A DNA stretch of 64,000 nucleotides from the NCBI GenBank assembly GCA_900551705.1, contig URWY01000001.1, positions 87,953 through 151,952 of the forward strand. The letters are read 5' to 3'. The notes under the pieces were generated by a model. That model saw nothing but the letters and a program-made list of their open reading frames with translations. It did not search any database and was not told the origin of the DNA. Origin of the DNA: an uncultured Bacillota bacterium (lineage in GTDB: Bacteria; Bacillota; Clostridia; Christensenellales; UBA1242). Both the position numbers and the translations under genes were made by a program. Shown here one piece after another: positions 34,901 through 43,567 of the stretch (positions are counted from its first letter, which is position 1; each line of letters opens with the position of its first letter).

Positions 34901-37900
34901 CTTGACAAAAAAGTGACAAAAACCTTCTATGTTGAGCAATTGCCAGGTGTTAAAGTTGAAGTTGATGGCGTTAAGAGTGGAAACACAGCGGACGACCCTT
35001 TAAGAGTTGCACTTGGACTTGACTACGACATGAAATTGATAGTAAAAGGCTACTCAGACGGCGTTTTAACATTTGACCAAGCATCAAGCACTTATAGCGA
35101 TGGCGAATTAAGGTTTGTTTTATCAGATGCTAAATTGGCAACCATTGTTAAAAATTCAGGTGGAACATATTCGCTGAAAATTAACAAAAACGCAACTGGA
35201 AGACTTGTTATAACAACCTATGGTGAGCAACTCACAACGACAGGTGTAAAAAAGAGCGATGAATCTTCATTGTATATTGACATTGTTGAGTTTGTTATAA
35301 AACAATCTATAAATGGTGGAATTATTAAAGAAATTGACAACGGCGTTATATATTCCGCAGTTGGAAATACATATACTTTTGAAGCAACATTGAATGACCA
35401 AATTTTGATTTATGACAAGACAAACGCACAAATTATTGAAAAAGTTCAACAATTTATTAAAGATTTATCAAGTTATTCAATAAATGGACATTCATGGTTT
35501 GTTAAAGATGTAAATCAAGTGTATTATGGTTGGTCACAAATTACGCAAGATAGTTTTGGTAGATATGCAGAATTATCAAACAACGCTTATGAAGTAAGAG
35601 TTGAAAATAACAAAGTAAAAATTGTTTTCAAGAAAGTTCAAAGCGAAAGCAATCCAACACTTCTCTTTAAGTTTGAAAGAAGTTATTACTATGATAATGG
35701 TGAACCAAGAGTTGGTAGACCTGCAAGTGGACAATACTTCACACTTATGGAAGAATTTGTGTTTGATATTGCAGAAAAAACGAATATAAGAAATCCATAT
35801 CCAATTTATTCTGTAAAAGAGTTTTTGAATATGCGTGAAGGCAATTATTATATTTTGATGAATGATATTGAATTGCCAAAAGATTTCACTCCAATAACAA
35901 CAAATATCGGCGGTTTTGATGGAAATAACTATAACATCAAAATGACAGCGGGTGCGTTGGAATATAACAACACAGGCAACAATCAACAATTTAATTTTGG
36001 ACTTTTTGAAACAATTTCAGAAGGTGCGCTTATTGCAAATGTTAGATTGTATATTGAAGGCGAAATAACTATTGATTTAACAAGCTATCCTTCAATAAAT
36101 TTTGGACTTATTGCAGCGAATAACTATGGAACAATAACAAACTGCGCGGTTGTTGGTTCAACTTATGCGCATATTATCATCAATGTAAAAGACACAGTTA
36201 ACAGTTCAGACGAACCAAGCCACATTGTAGCAGGATTTGTTGCAACAAACGGCTCAACTGGCACGATTTCAAATTCACGAGTTGAAGTTTCGATTACTTC
36301 AAAAGGAAATATTGCAGGATTTGTATATTCTAACTCAGGCACAATAGCATCATCGTATGTTTATGGTTCGATTATTAACAACACTGTTTCCACAACATCA
36401 AAAACTGCGGGCTTCGTTGGAATAAACGAATACGGCGGATTAATATTTACAAGTTATATTGCTGGCGACTATGTCGATAATCATCAATTCTCAACAAGCA
36501 CAAGCAAAGTTGTTTATACAGCACATAGAGTTGGTGCATTCGTATACACTAACAGTGGCAAAATTTCAAATTGTTATGCAAATATTCCAGTAAGTTCGGC
36601 AGCGAGCCGTGCAAGCGGATTTGCGTATATCAACGAAAAAAGCGGAGAAATTGAGTATGGTTATTCGTCATGTTTAATGGCAAGTAACAGAAACTCACAC
36701 ACATCGTTTATTGGAAGGTCAGCGGAAGCGTTGCTTAATCGCGGAACAATCACAGAGTGTTTTGCTCTTGAAGATGCGGTGTTAAACATTGCTATTAAGG
36801 GAAATACAAATGAAGTTCAAGTTGAGTTTGCTAACTCCAAACTTGGTTCAAACGACAACATTTCTGGTCTAACAATTTTAAGGGCAACATTTAAAGAAAT
36901 CTATGATGATAATAATGATCAAAATCAATATTATTATTACAATGATAATGGAACAAAACAAAAAATTTGCCAAATAGGACAGACTCCAAGGATTTATAAC
37001 AATTCAGACTTTGTTGTATGGTCAAACGAAAAACTTGCAGATCCTAAAACATTTGCAAAGTTTGCGTTATCTAATGACAGCACAAATACAAACGGCGTTT
37101 GGTTCTTTGCAAAAGCATCAACTGAACAATCGTATGTAAATGACGGCAAATATTTGGTGTTAAAAACAGGTCGTCCAGAACTTGTTTCTCCAAATTTGAT
37201 AGTGAGTGGACATCAAACATTCTCACATACTTCGCTTGACGAAACAACTGGCGAAACAATTTATCACTATATCAGTGCAGAAAATTTGGGCGGATTACAT
37301 AATCCATACATCATTTCATCGGTTGACGACTTAGAATTGATTGCAGAGAACAAAAATAACTTAATTGGCGAAGATAAATATTACAGACTTGTAAATGATA
37401 TTATTTATGAAACAGGAACTATTTCAAGTAAATTATATAAATATTATTTCTTAGGGAATTTGGAAGGCAATAGTTTCACAATCGGCAATTATGTTATTGA
37501 CTCTTCGGAAAATATGGAATTTGCAGGTTTCTTTGCAGGAATTGGAAGCAGATTTAAACAAATGGGCTCAATTAAGAATGTCAACTTTGCACCAAGATAT
37601 ATCAACTTGCCAAACACGAACTCAGTTGGCGCAATTGCCGGAGTAATCTTTGGCGCAAACATCATAAATGTCAACATTGACGGCTTTACTTATGATAATG
37701 AAGGAATTGTCATTCTTGGTAAAAACGCAGTTGGCGGTGTTGCAGGTGTTGCACTTGGAAATTATTTGTTAAACAATATTAAGTCTAATATTTCAGTCAA
37801 TGCCACATATAGAGCAAAATTAAGCGCACACGATGTTCAAATCTTTGACGAATTTAACCTTAATTCAATTTCACATGCTGGATTAATTGTTGGTGCAGTC

Positions 37901-38869
37901 GGTGGCTACGGAAAAGCAAATTACATTCAAACAAGCGGCGATAATGTTGCAATAGGTGAAAGTGTTGGTATGCTTTTCGGAAGTATTGGAAAGAATGTTG
38001 AAGCGACAGATCTTGTAGTTAAACAAAGTTCAAAACAATCAATCAAAGCAGATATCTATGCAGGCGTTATTGCAGGCGTAAGTGCTGGTAAATTAAGCAA
38101 TATTTTGGTTGATAAAAATGAAATTAGCAAAAACTCATTCTTCGCAGATACAATTTATATTCCAATTGCGATAGGAAATGTCGTTGGTTATGTTGTTGGT
38201 GGAAGCATTGAAAATGCGATAGTTAACACAACAACTTATGTTCCAAGTGGTGTAACATTTGTTGGCGGCGCGGTTGGAATTATGCAAGACGGCTCACTTA
38301 AAAATATCGTTATAAACGGAAATATTTCAGCAGGCGAAGTTGTTGGTGGCGTTGTTGGTTACATCGGAATTGTTGAAGCAAAAGGATATACTGGCAACAT
38401 AAAACGCGTTGAACTCGCAAAAGACAGCAAAATTTCAATCACAGATTGTTATCTCGTTGGAAATATCGTTTCGACAACATCAACTAACGAAGTCCGAGTT
38501 GGAACTGTTGCAGGTTTGATTAATGGTGTAAGTAAAGACGATGTAAGCATTTCGGACATCAATGTAAAATCGAATGCAAAAGTTACAATCACATTTAGCG
38601 ATGGCTTAGTTTTAACAAAAAACATCATCTCAATTAGCAATTACTCATATAATACAACCAGTGTTTCAATTAGATATGGCATTGTAACGACTAAAAAAGC
38701 GACAAACGAAGGTCAAATATTATATGAACATATTGATGCGAATAAGAATAATCGTTTGTATATCGAAAAACCATACATATTCCAAATAAATTCAGAAAAT
38801 GGAAATGTCGGAGTAAATGATACAACCTATGCTAAATGGGATAAAATAGGACAAGAAAAGAATGCGTAA
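28916..38869 (+). CDS. giant surface lipoprotein (3317 aa), paralogous architecture: Ig-like domains and 3 GLUG-type beta-helix modules
   Basis: Uninterrupted ORF 39 nt after the previous stop. AAGGGAG SD at 28901-28907. Signal peptide MKIKRFIVLILAMIIGIIPIVFAGCGG with a lipobox. Big_2-like N-terminus. Same GGxxG/NCY beta-helix motif family as the first gene. No Flg_new tail. Confidence 0.9.
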   Translation: MKIKRFIVLILAMIIGIIPIVFAGCGGVDTNNLSITMITKEDSVEGDFKVINLSVDDEEQISRELTFQIVNWQDGMSAGVTFSTDSNAVEISDRQYLSGGRVKIKITAKSGGSAIITATTQQYSKQTSILVRISEKISDFNLKNNIETIYFEKGSELKLNAENLFNFYPSSTTQRELKAYNGENLITNENGEHILSGLEEDTTITFVSENLDGISRNVYVKVIEKLENDDILLEKLMLSNKNESFYTQINSGDTLQILKNNNAKTIENFDVAYNERQIKLTINCNQTDLKVKAVVYTKDGNNWVKNDLLVANIVQNGTLTNGKYEHIFKFEYAGFNQMKVVFTYQIGEYTYSTNSELYFDCVEAPINLAINKDISTNQEITIYDPTEGYIGKNLTFAVYPQNCIDYNINLLLNANADSILKVLNSKGINKAREDASEFNYKSKISLSNNESIRISAINAVDFKSVDVVAEIRYTFENVTYVINYTIKVNIKRSPTAMVITDDKFADGELAGTVTEYTKYIFDLNSGKILDENGNLIDNFGKNTLKLYVYAELDGILESGHDFVIVNNLGIVNVENTENNEILITAKSVGTGSFFVVLDNGMRKYFSIEVIESLSKLELSFPTPTQNSNIYLNKKSSESGYLFEIIALTGAKIPPIVVKNGNLISYDFAGEGFNYTNGYIIGQEDTDGFVECSFTATHYYLDSNNEKQVRTTTYKFKIMFYSRITNFSVTTNKGSTNFDLYNLANVGYYSEKLATAIITINIGPDELRTSLLKNIKWQTNVGWDSDPDIDGDIVKYSNKVFTFTFNTATGTGTIICNVAKMYENENGELVPTDYFDENGNFRLGKVVLTATIEREQGGQELDNLTKSVQFDILNKTPVEEIVASVNSINIDRFKGVMSIFTTVYPVSASNKELRAIFIPNDLSYANAIQFKWVGDKLEVTLDTKYQSGQGIIRLIAIDSYSTSETFTTYLDIPLVICDGSEEYPFQIMSEKDLRIMIETNFEKNYNIIGTIDISKFVDNQNEGWKYSQYILKGKIKGINNACFTGIEISSKSTSNSYGLFAGIDANASIENVKFEGKIDLDLSSEDALEEYQEINIGLVAGYNKGILKNIYVLMNTSSLRANYGYKINLGCVVGTNENEIIIDSNANYNRLVNFEKDTSFTIIDCSPDNDATHTLFVGGVAGKNTWIITSSIQSNTMLVYINFVLKYEWTGTGAGKSHRLGDHEAIGGVAGLSEYPETTTTILGISGMTVEGKIVAGKMANNKFIGHFNNVGGLVGENSLNITNCVSQVVVKGRENVGGGVGFNNGGSLSEIKIQALEKGDLTLVVGNNNVGGIVGQFADGSIEKSTFITYISKPFDATNYLGDIVVYNTAISSQGVHTGRIVGLLNNNIRNINYVVAIANLKADCEINLPINVVSTENIVIYGKNNILNITSDANFINDNFLMNLVNEQSSGLDLSGISNLNNFIEKIIEYENWAKTNNKEILTSFIVLPPTRIDQNLTEEGKKQQLATKTGDELIFYLKLHQKSDGSLEGFSSLNKNKNEYEIETYITVKANSNTNLVFTSSDESVLLIEDGKFKVLRTGLVKVTVTSEFNTSLSKHFYVYVVRYVDDFTSFRKPDRESSELTSGTYEVLNKGTSYMMYFKYLNKYNVKDYYESQEILVAIRVDGRIIFATGETDSVTGLRFTRISNEAYQLTATKLQSEFKEISFIYYFETKIGDDIYNRIAEIEGVEYINFKYKVINETTKISVSDPDIEVMPFYQPQVDVELVSENENEKITILSYLVSKDGTLSAALNFNYKVWVNNQLQNSNAFEINARNYKTFRIQFYLEENAREIKSDLTFKVVIRTSNNLETSVLVNFKPQKPNDITVDLYPEKSNMNDEVVSIPNDEMFSYIASNKIVPGTNSLLEFIIFPAYSNYDYILIKNFASNEYKLVFELYDRATNKAVLGSQDVDGGIKVLKSAIKNGCFGIRIFLDSRITDFSTVSIEIDVIKDEKSLLDKKVTKTFYVEQLPGVKVEVDGVKSGNTADDPLRVALGLDYDMKLIVKGYSDGVLTFDQASSTYSDGELRFVLSDAKLATIVKNSGGTYSLKINKNATGRLVITTYGEQLTTTGVKKSDESSLYIDIVEFVIKQSINGGIIKEIDNGVIYSAVGNTYTFEATLNDQILIYDKTNAQIIEKVQQFIKDLSSYSINGHSWFVKDVNQVYYGWSQITQDSFGRYAELSNNAYEVRVENNKVKIVFKKVQSESNPTLLFKFERSYYYDNGEPRVGRPASGQYFTLMEEFVFDIAEKTNIRNPYPIYSVKEFLNMREGNYYILMNDIELPKDFTPITTNIGGFDGNNYNIKMTAGALEYNNTGNNQQFNFGLFETISEGALIANVRLYIEGEITIDLTSYPSINFGLIAANNYGTITNCAVVGSTYAHIIINVKDTVNSSDEPSHIVAGFVATNGSTGTISNSRVEVSITSKGNIAGFVYSNSGTIASSYVYGSIINNTVSTTSKTAGFVGINEYGGLIFTSYIAGDYVDNHQFSTSTSKVVYTAHRVGAFVYTNSGKISNCYANIPVSSAASRASGFAYINEKSGEIEYGYSSCLMASNRNSHTSFIGRSAEALLNRGTITECFALEDAVLNIAIKGNTNEVQVEFANSKLGSNDNISGLTILRATFKEIYDDNNDQNQYYYYNDNGTKQKICQIGQTPRIYNNSDFVVWSNEKLADPKTFAKFALSNDSTNTNGVWFFAKASTEQSYVNDGKYLVLKTGRPELVSPNLIVSGHQTFSHTSLDETTGETIYHYISAENLGGLHNPYIISSVDDLELIAENKNNLIGEDKYYRLVNDIIYETGTISSKLYKYYFLGNLEGNSFTIGNYVIDSSENMEFAGFFAGIGSRFKQMGSIKNVNFAPRYINLPNTNSVGAIAGVIFGANIINVNIDGFTYDNEGIVILGKNAVGGVAGVALGNYLLNNIKSNISVNATYRAKLSAHDVQIFDEFNLNSISHAGLIVGAVGGYGKANYIQTSGDNVAIGESVGMLFGSIGKNVEATDLVVKQSSKQSIKADIYAGVIAGVSAGKLSNILVDKNEISKNSFFADTIYIPIAIGNVVGYVVGGSIENAIVNTTTYVPSGVTFVGGAVGIMQDGSLKNIVINGNISAGEVVGGVVGYIGIVEAKGYTGNIKRVELAKDSKISITDCYLVGNIVSTTSTNEVRVGTVAGLINGVSKDDVSISDINVKSNAKVTITFSDGLVLTKNIISISNYSYNTTSVSIRYGIVTTKKATNEGQILYEHIDANKNNRLYIEKPYIFQINSENGNVGVNDTTYAKWDKIGQEKNA

Positions 38870-38892
38870 CCGCATTCTTTTTTTATTTTTTG
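38857..38892. terminator. bidirectional rho-independent terminator between convergent genes
   Basis: AAAGAATGCG-TAAC-CGCATTCTTT stem-loop overlaps the stop codon of the giant gene, with T-runs on both strands. The permease gene ends at 38883 from the other side. Confidence 0.6.
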
Positions 38893-39740
38893 AAATGTGC
38901 TTCTATTCGACTTATTATGAAATACATTCCGCCAGCGAGCAAGCAAAGTATGACGGTGCTTGTCATAACAAGGTCGAGTTTGAAAACTGTGCCGCCATAA
39001 ACTATCAAATATCCAAGACCCGCTTTGGAAACCAGATATTCGCCCATGATTGTTCCAATCCAACTCATTCCAACATTAATTTTTAAAACAGAAATGAAGT
39101 CTGGCATTGAATTTGGAACGATGAGTTTGAAAAATATTTGATATTTTTTGGCGTTCATTGACCGCATAAGCAAGATTTTATCTTTGTCACAAGATAGGAA
39201 TGAACCGAGCAAACTCAAAGTTGTGATAATTACGCAAATCAATATGCACATTACTATAATTGCTTTTGTGCCAGCGCCAACCCAAATGATGATTAGTGGC
39301 CCAAGTGCTATTTTAGGCAAACTGTTTAAAACAACAATATATGGCTCTAAAACTTTTTTAAGTTTGTCGCTCCACCAAAGCAGAACGGCGAGTAAATAAC
39401 CTATTGCGGTTGCTAAAAGAAATCCAATTATAGTTTCATAAAGAGTTATGCCAATGTGCATAAAAAGTTCGCCAGAAACATAAAGTTTTCGCACAGTTTC
39501 TATCATACGCGATGGGGAACTCACGAAGAATGGGTCTAAAATTCCCCACATTGTAAACAATTCCCAAATCACAAAAATTGCAACCAAAATCAAAACTTGA
39601 ATTAAGCGAATAATCCATTTTTCGCTTTCAATTTTTTTGAGATATTTTTTATGCTCTTGTGTGTAACTTTGATATTTTAACTTTTTTTCTTTAAATTTGC
39701 GTTTTAAGTTGAAAAATTCTAAAAATTTCTTCATAAGCAC
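38883..39740 (-). CDS. ABC transporter permease (TauC/SsuC/NitT family)
   Basis: 285 aa with about 6 TM helices. BPD-transport 'EAA'-region-like segment LMRSMNAKKYQIFFKLIVPNSMPDFISVLKINVGMSWIGTIMGE is typical of sulfonate/nitrate/taurine-type permeases. Confidence 0.8.
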   Translation of the reverse strand: MLMKKFLEFFNLKRKFKEKKLKYQSYTQEHKKYLKKIESEKWIIRLIQVLILVAIFVIWELFTMWGILDPFFVSSPSRMIETVRKLYVSGELFMHIGITLYETIIGFLLATAIGYLLAVLLWWSDKLKKVLEPYIVVLNSLPKIALGPLIIIWVGAGTKAIIVMCILICVIITTLSLLGSFLSCDKDKILLMRSMNAKKYQIFFKLIVPNSMPDFISVLKINVGMSWIGTIMGEYLVSKAGLGYLIVYGGTVFKLDLVMTSTVILCLLAGGMYFIISRIEAHFKK

Positions 39741-39746
39741 TCCTTT

Positions 39747-40574
39747 TTAACTCTCATCATAAATGACGAGTTCTTTCCAAATTTCATCAAAATAGTCGTG
39801 CGCTTTTTTGCTTTCTCGCCTTTTCAGAGGCGTGCCAAATTCTTTTAGGTCAATATCAACAATCTTTTTAACAGTGCCAGGCCTAGTGGACAAAATAATC
39901 ACTCTGTCTGCCAAACTAACTGCCTCAGAAATGTCGTGGGTGACAAGTATAGCAGTTTTTTCTTCGTTGCTAATAATTTCAGAAACATTGTCGCAAACAT
40001 TAAGCCTTGTTTGGAAATCAAGGGCGGAGAATGGTTCGTCTAAAAGCAAAATTTTTGGGTCAAGTGCAAGTGTTCTTATAAGTGCTACACGCTGACGCAT
40101 TCCGCCAGAAAGTTCAGTAGGTTTGCTATTTCTAAAATTTCCAAGACCATATTTGTCAATAAGATTTGAAACTCGTGTTAAAAGTTCGGTATCTTTTTTG
40201 CGTTTTTGAATTTCAATCCCAATCGTCACATTTTTCCAAATTGTTCGCCAGTCAAAAAGTTGGTCGCGTTGGAACATATAGCCAATGTCAACTTCGCTTG
40301 TTTTTTTCTTTTCGTTGACATCATGACCATCTAAGTAAATGTGACCAGAACTTGGCTTTAAGATGCCGGCAATAAGAGATAAAATCGTTGTTTTGCCGCA
40401 ACCCGAAGGTCCAACAATTGCAACAAATTCTTTTTCATAAACTGAGAAATTGACATCTTCCAAAGCGAGTGTTTCGCCATCTTTTGTATGATAAATCAAA
40501 CTTACATTATCAAATTTAAGCACTTCTTTTTTATCATTTGTATTCTTTTTGATTTCTTTTCCTTCCTTTTCCAT
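39747..40574 (-). CDS. ABC transporter ATP-binding protein (TauB/SsuB/NitT family)
   Basis: Walker A GPSGCGKTT, signature LSGGMRQRVALIRTLA, Walker B LLLDEPFSALD, H-loop VTHDISEA. Confidence 0.9.
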   Translation of the reverse strand: MEKEGKEIKKNTNDKKEVLKFDNVSLIYHTKDGETLALEDVNFSVYEKEFVAIVGPSGCGKTTILSLIAGILKPSSGHIYLDGHDVNEKKKTSEVDIGYMFQRDQLFDWRTIWKNVTIGIEIQKRKKDTELLTRVSNLIDKYGLGNFRNSKPTELSGGMRQRVALIRTLALDPKILLLDEPFSALDFQTRLNVCDNVSEIISNEEKTAILVTHDISEAVSLADRVIILSTRPGTVKKIVDIDLKEFGTPLKRRESKKAHDYFDEIWKELVIYDES

Positions 40575-40820
40575 AAATTTTTTCCTAAATTATTTCAACC
40601 ATTTTGTCATTTGTAAGGGTTTCCCTATATCATTTTATAGATAGTAATTTAAAAATGTGAAAGTCTAGAAGTGACAAAAAAGGGGCAATAAACATAAAAT
40701 GAATTACAACGGAGGAAGTATGAAAATCATTTGTATTAAGTTGCCAAAATTTTTATCTTTTTTGTTAAAACCATTCGTTAAAAAAGATTAAAAAAAATAT
40801 AGTTGTCAAAAATTTTACAT

Positions 40821-42251
40821 ATGAAAATTTTAATAGTAGGCATCTCGATTTTTGTTTGCCTTGTTTTAACCATTTTAAAAATTATAAATGTATGTAAGAA
40901 TAAAAAATCTAAAATTGTTGCAACGGCAAAATTAAAAAGCCGTAAATTTTTGTTTTTAAAAGGTGAGCAAAACAAAATAATTTCCGACATTAAATTGAAA
41001 ATTGAAAACAACGCACCAAAAGTATTTGACGCTCAAATTGATTATAAAAAACTGAAAAGTTCTGGGTTGTTTGAAGAAAAACCAATTTATAAAATTTTTG
41101 TAAGTGATTTGTGTTTGAAAAATAAAAAAATGATTTTCACTTTAAACTCGATTTGTAAAAAGATTTGTTTCACGCCTGTTGTGCTTTGCAATAGCGATGA
41201 AATATTAAACGAAATTTCAAAAGAATATAAAAATGTTAAATGCTTAAATGTCAACGACTTAAATCCGCAGATTATATTTGAATTAAATAAAATTAACATC
41301 AATTACAATCCAATATTTGAAAATATTGATGAAGGGTTTTTTGTAAATGATGAAAGGGCAGACAACTATCGCTATAAAGATTTACGGCTTGAAAGCAAAC
41401 GCGTTTTAAAATCTTGCGATGTTCAGTGCTATAAGATTTTAGATTTTGACAATTCAAAAACGATTTTTCAAAAGCCAGAATTTCAAGTTTTAGAAATAAT
41501 CAAAATTCAAAATAGTGCTGACAAAACTCAAACTTACAGTTTGAAAATAAATTTAAAACTTGATAGTGAGTTTATTAATATCAATAAAATTAACAACAAA
41601 TTAATAGTTAATAAATTAGATAATAGCACGCAAATTTTTTATTTTTCAAATAATAATTTTAATTATTTCATTAAAAAACATAAAAAAAATGTGTTTTTGA
41701 GTGTCAAATTTGCAAATTTTAAAATTAATAGCAATTCATATTCAATTATGAACATATCTACATTTGATACGAAAATAAAAAGTATAAAATTAATGCTATT
41801 TGAAAATTATTGCAAAATGAAAAAATTGTTTGCGTTAAATTTTGTTTGTCCGAGCAAGAAAATAAGCAAACTTTTAAACGAAAATTTGAAAGATATTTAT
41901 GTTAAACATTATTTCAATTTTGATAAAAACAAAAGTTATAAGTTTGATAACATAATAAAAATTGAGCAAATCGAAAAATTGTCTGCGGTTAAATTCCATT
42001 CGTTTGAATTTGCCACATTTTTGTTTAATGAATTTTTGGGAATCAAACAATTCGGTTCGTGTTTTAAAATTTCTCCGAAGTCAGATATAAATTTTTTTAG
42101 TTTTGAACTTGAATTGAGTGGCAAAAAATATCAAATTGAATATAAACAAAATAAACAAAAATATATTTCTTATGGCGGACTTGAATTTGTTAATTTGGAC
42201 AATGTTAATTTAAAATTTGTGAGCGAAAATAGCATAACATTTTGCGGATAA
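40821..42251 (+). CDS. hypothetical N-terminally membrane-anchored protein, N/K/I/F-rich
   Basis: ORF track starts at TTG 40803. The first ATG, at 40821, gives MKILIVGISIFVCLVLTILKII (single TM). No SD seen and no family recognised. Confidence 0.45.
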   Translation: MKILIVGISIFVCLVLTILKIINVCKNKKSKIVATAKLKSRKFLFLKGEQNKIISDIKLKIENNAPKVFDAQIDYKKLKSSGLFEEKPIYKIFVSDLCLKNKKMIFTLNSICKKICFTPVVLCNSDEILNEISKEYKNVKCLNVNDLNPQIIFELNKININYNPIFENIDEGFFVNDERADNYRYKDLRLESKRVLKSCDVQCYKILDFDNSKTIFQKPEFQVLEIIKIQNSADKTQTYSLKINLKLDSEFININKINNKLIVNKLDNSTQIFYFSNNNFNYFIKKHKKNVFLSVKFANFKINSNSYSIMNISTFDTKIKSIKLMLFENYCKMKKLFALNFVCPSKKISKLLNENLKDIYVKHYFNFDKNKSYKFDNIIKIEQIEKLSAVKFHSFEFATFLFNEFLGIKQFGSCFKISPKSDINFFSFELELSGKKYQIEYKQNKQKYISYGGLEFVNLDNVNLKFVSENSITFCG

Positions 42252-42276
42252 AGTTTAATTGTGATATAATAAAATT

Positions 42277-43539
42277 ATGGAAGAATTCAACGCAAAACGA
42301 ATTCCACTTGCAGAAAGAATGAGACCAACAACTTTTGAAGACTTTGTTGGACAAGAACATATCGCAAGAAAGGGAAGTTTATTTAGACGAGCAATTGAAG
42401 CGGGAACTCTTGGTAGTGCCATATTTTTTGGACCACCAGGAACTGGAAAAACAACGCTTGCAAATATAATATCAAATATGGATAACGGCATTTTCAAAAA
42501 ACTAAATGCTGTTTCAAGCGGTGTTGCCGATGCTAAAAAAATTATTGAAGACGCAAGAAAAGATAAATCATTATTTTCAAGACAGACTTATCTTTTATTA
42601 GACGAATGTCACAGATGGAGCAAAGCACAAAGCGACTGCATTTTAGCGGCAGTAGAAGATGGAACAATTGTTTTTATCGGAACAACAACAGAAAATCCAT
42701 ATCATAGCATGACGCCTGCAATTGTATCTCGCTCGAAAGTTTTTGAATTTAAACCTCTTGAAAAACAAGATATTAAAAAAGCACTTTTAAGGGCGGTTGA
42801 AGATAAGCAAAAAGGTCTTGGACAATTTAATATTAAAATATCTGACGAAGCGTTAAATCATTTGGCGTGGGCTGCTGGTGGAGATTTGCGTTCTGCCTAT
42901 TCGTCTTTGGAACTTGCTGCTTTAACAACGGAACCAAACGAGAAAGGCGAAATAGTTATAGATTTATCCGTTGCGGAAGATTGTGTTCAACAAAAAGCGT
43001 TTTCGCTTGATGAAACAAAATATTATGATTATCTAAGTGCGTTTTGTAAGTCAATTAGGGGAAGCGACCCAGACGCCGCATTGTTTTATAGTTCACGCAT
43101 GATTGAAGCGGGCGTAGACCCACAAATTATTGCAAGAAGGTTAATTGCGCACTGCTCGGAAGATATTGGAATGGCAGATAGCAATGCTTTGCTACTTGCA
43201 ACTTGCGCGCTTTATTCAATCAAAAATTTAGGTGTTCCCGAAGCACTTTTGAATTTGTCGCACGCAATCGTTTATGCTTGCACTGCTGAAAAATCAAATT
43301 CTGTTTATCTTGCAATGGCAAAAGCGCAAGAAGCAGCAAAAAAATATCCAGATGCCGAAGCCCCTTATCATTTGAGAAATCATCCTTCAATAAATGACAC
43401 TAAAAAAGCTAAATATAAATATCCGCACGATTATGGCGGTTGGGTTAAGCAACAATATTTGCCTGACGAATTAAAAAATGAAGTTTTTTACAATCCGTCA
43501 CCAAATGGCAAAGAAAAGAATATAAAAGTAAAAAAATAA
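42277..43539 (+). CDS. rarA: replication-associated recombination protein A (AAA+ ATPase, MgsA/RarA)
   Basis: 420 aa. Walker A GPPGTGKTTLA, Walker B LLLDECHRW, and a C-terminal MgsA_C-like region (YDYLSAFCKSIRGSDPDAALFY...). Confidence 0.92.
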   Translation: MEEFNAKRIPLAERMRPTTFEDFVGQEHIARKGSLFRRAIEAGTLGSAIFFGPPGTGKTTLANIISNMDNGIFKKLNAVSSGVADAKKIIEDARKDKSLFSRQTYLLLDECHRWSKAQSDCILAAVEDGTIVFIGTTTENPYHSMTPAIVSRSKVFEFKPLEKQDIKKALLRAVEDKQKGLGQFNIKISDEALNHLAWAAGGDLRSAYSSLELAALTTEPNEKGEIVIDLSVAEDCVQQKAFSLDETKYYDYLSAFCKSIRGSDPDAALFYSSRMIEAGVDPQIIARRLIAHCSEDIGMADSNALLLATCALYSIKNLGVPEALLNLSHAIVYACTAEKSNSVYLAMAKAQEAAKKYPDAEAPYHLRNHPSINDTKKAKYKYPHDYGGWVKQQYLPDELKNEVFYNPSPNGKEKNIKVKK

Positions 43540-43567
43540 GTCAAAGAAATTCTTCGACTTATTTTTT
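43538..43567. terminator. candidate bidirectional terminator between rarA and the CBS gene
   Basis: AAGTCAAAGAA / TTCTTCGACTT hairpin (one mismatch) followed by T6. Overlaps the stop of the convergent gene. Confidence 0.4.

Noticed and set aside
11790-38560. Periodic recurrence of ggcggtgttgttgg-like strings that could suggest a DNA tandem repeat or CRISPR-like array
   Set aside because: The copies are imperfect, irregularly spaced and in-frame. They encode the GG[LIV][VA]G beta-helix motif. There is no repeat-spacer structure and no cas genes.
8781-38640. About 40 short ORFs (60-142 aa) on both strands inside the two giant genes
   Set aside because: All are fully embedded in the long, motif-rich reading frames. 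They are low-complexity, lack SD sequences, and are the expected by-product of AT-rich repetitive coding sequence.
42255-42497. 80-aa minus-strand ORF overlapping the rarA start, and 40778..41011 (-) overlapping the 40821 gene
   Set aside because: Both are antisense to better-supported genes. Neither has an SD or any recognisable motif.
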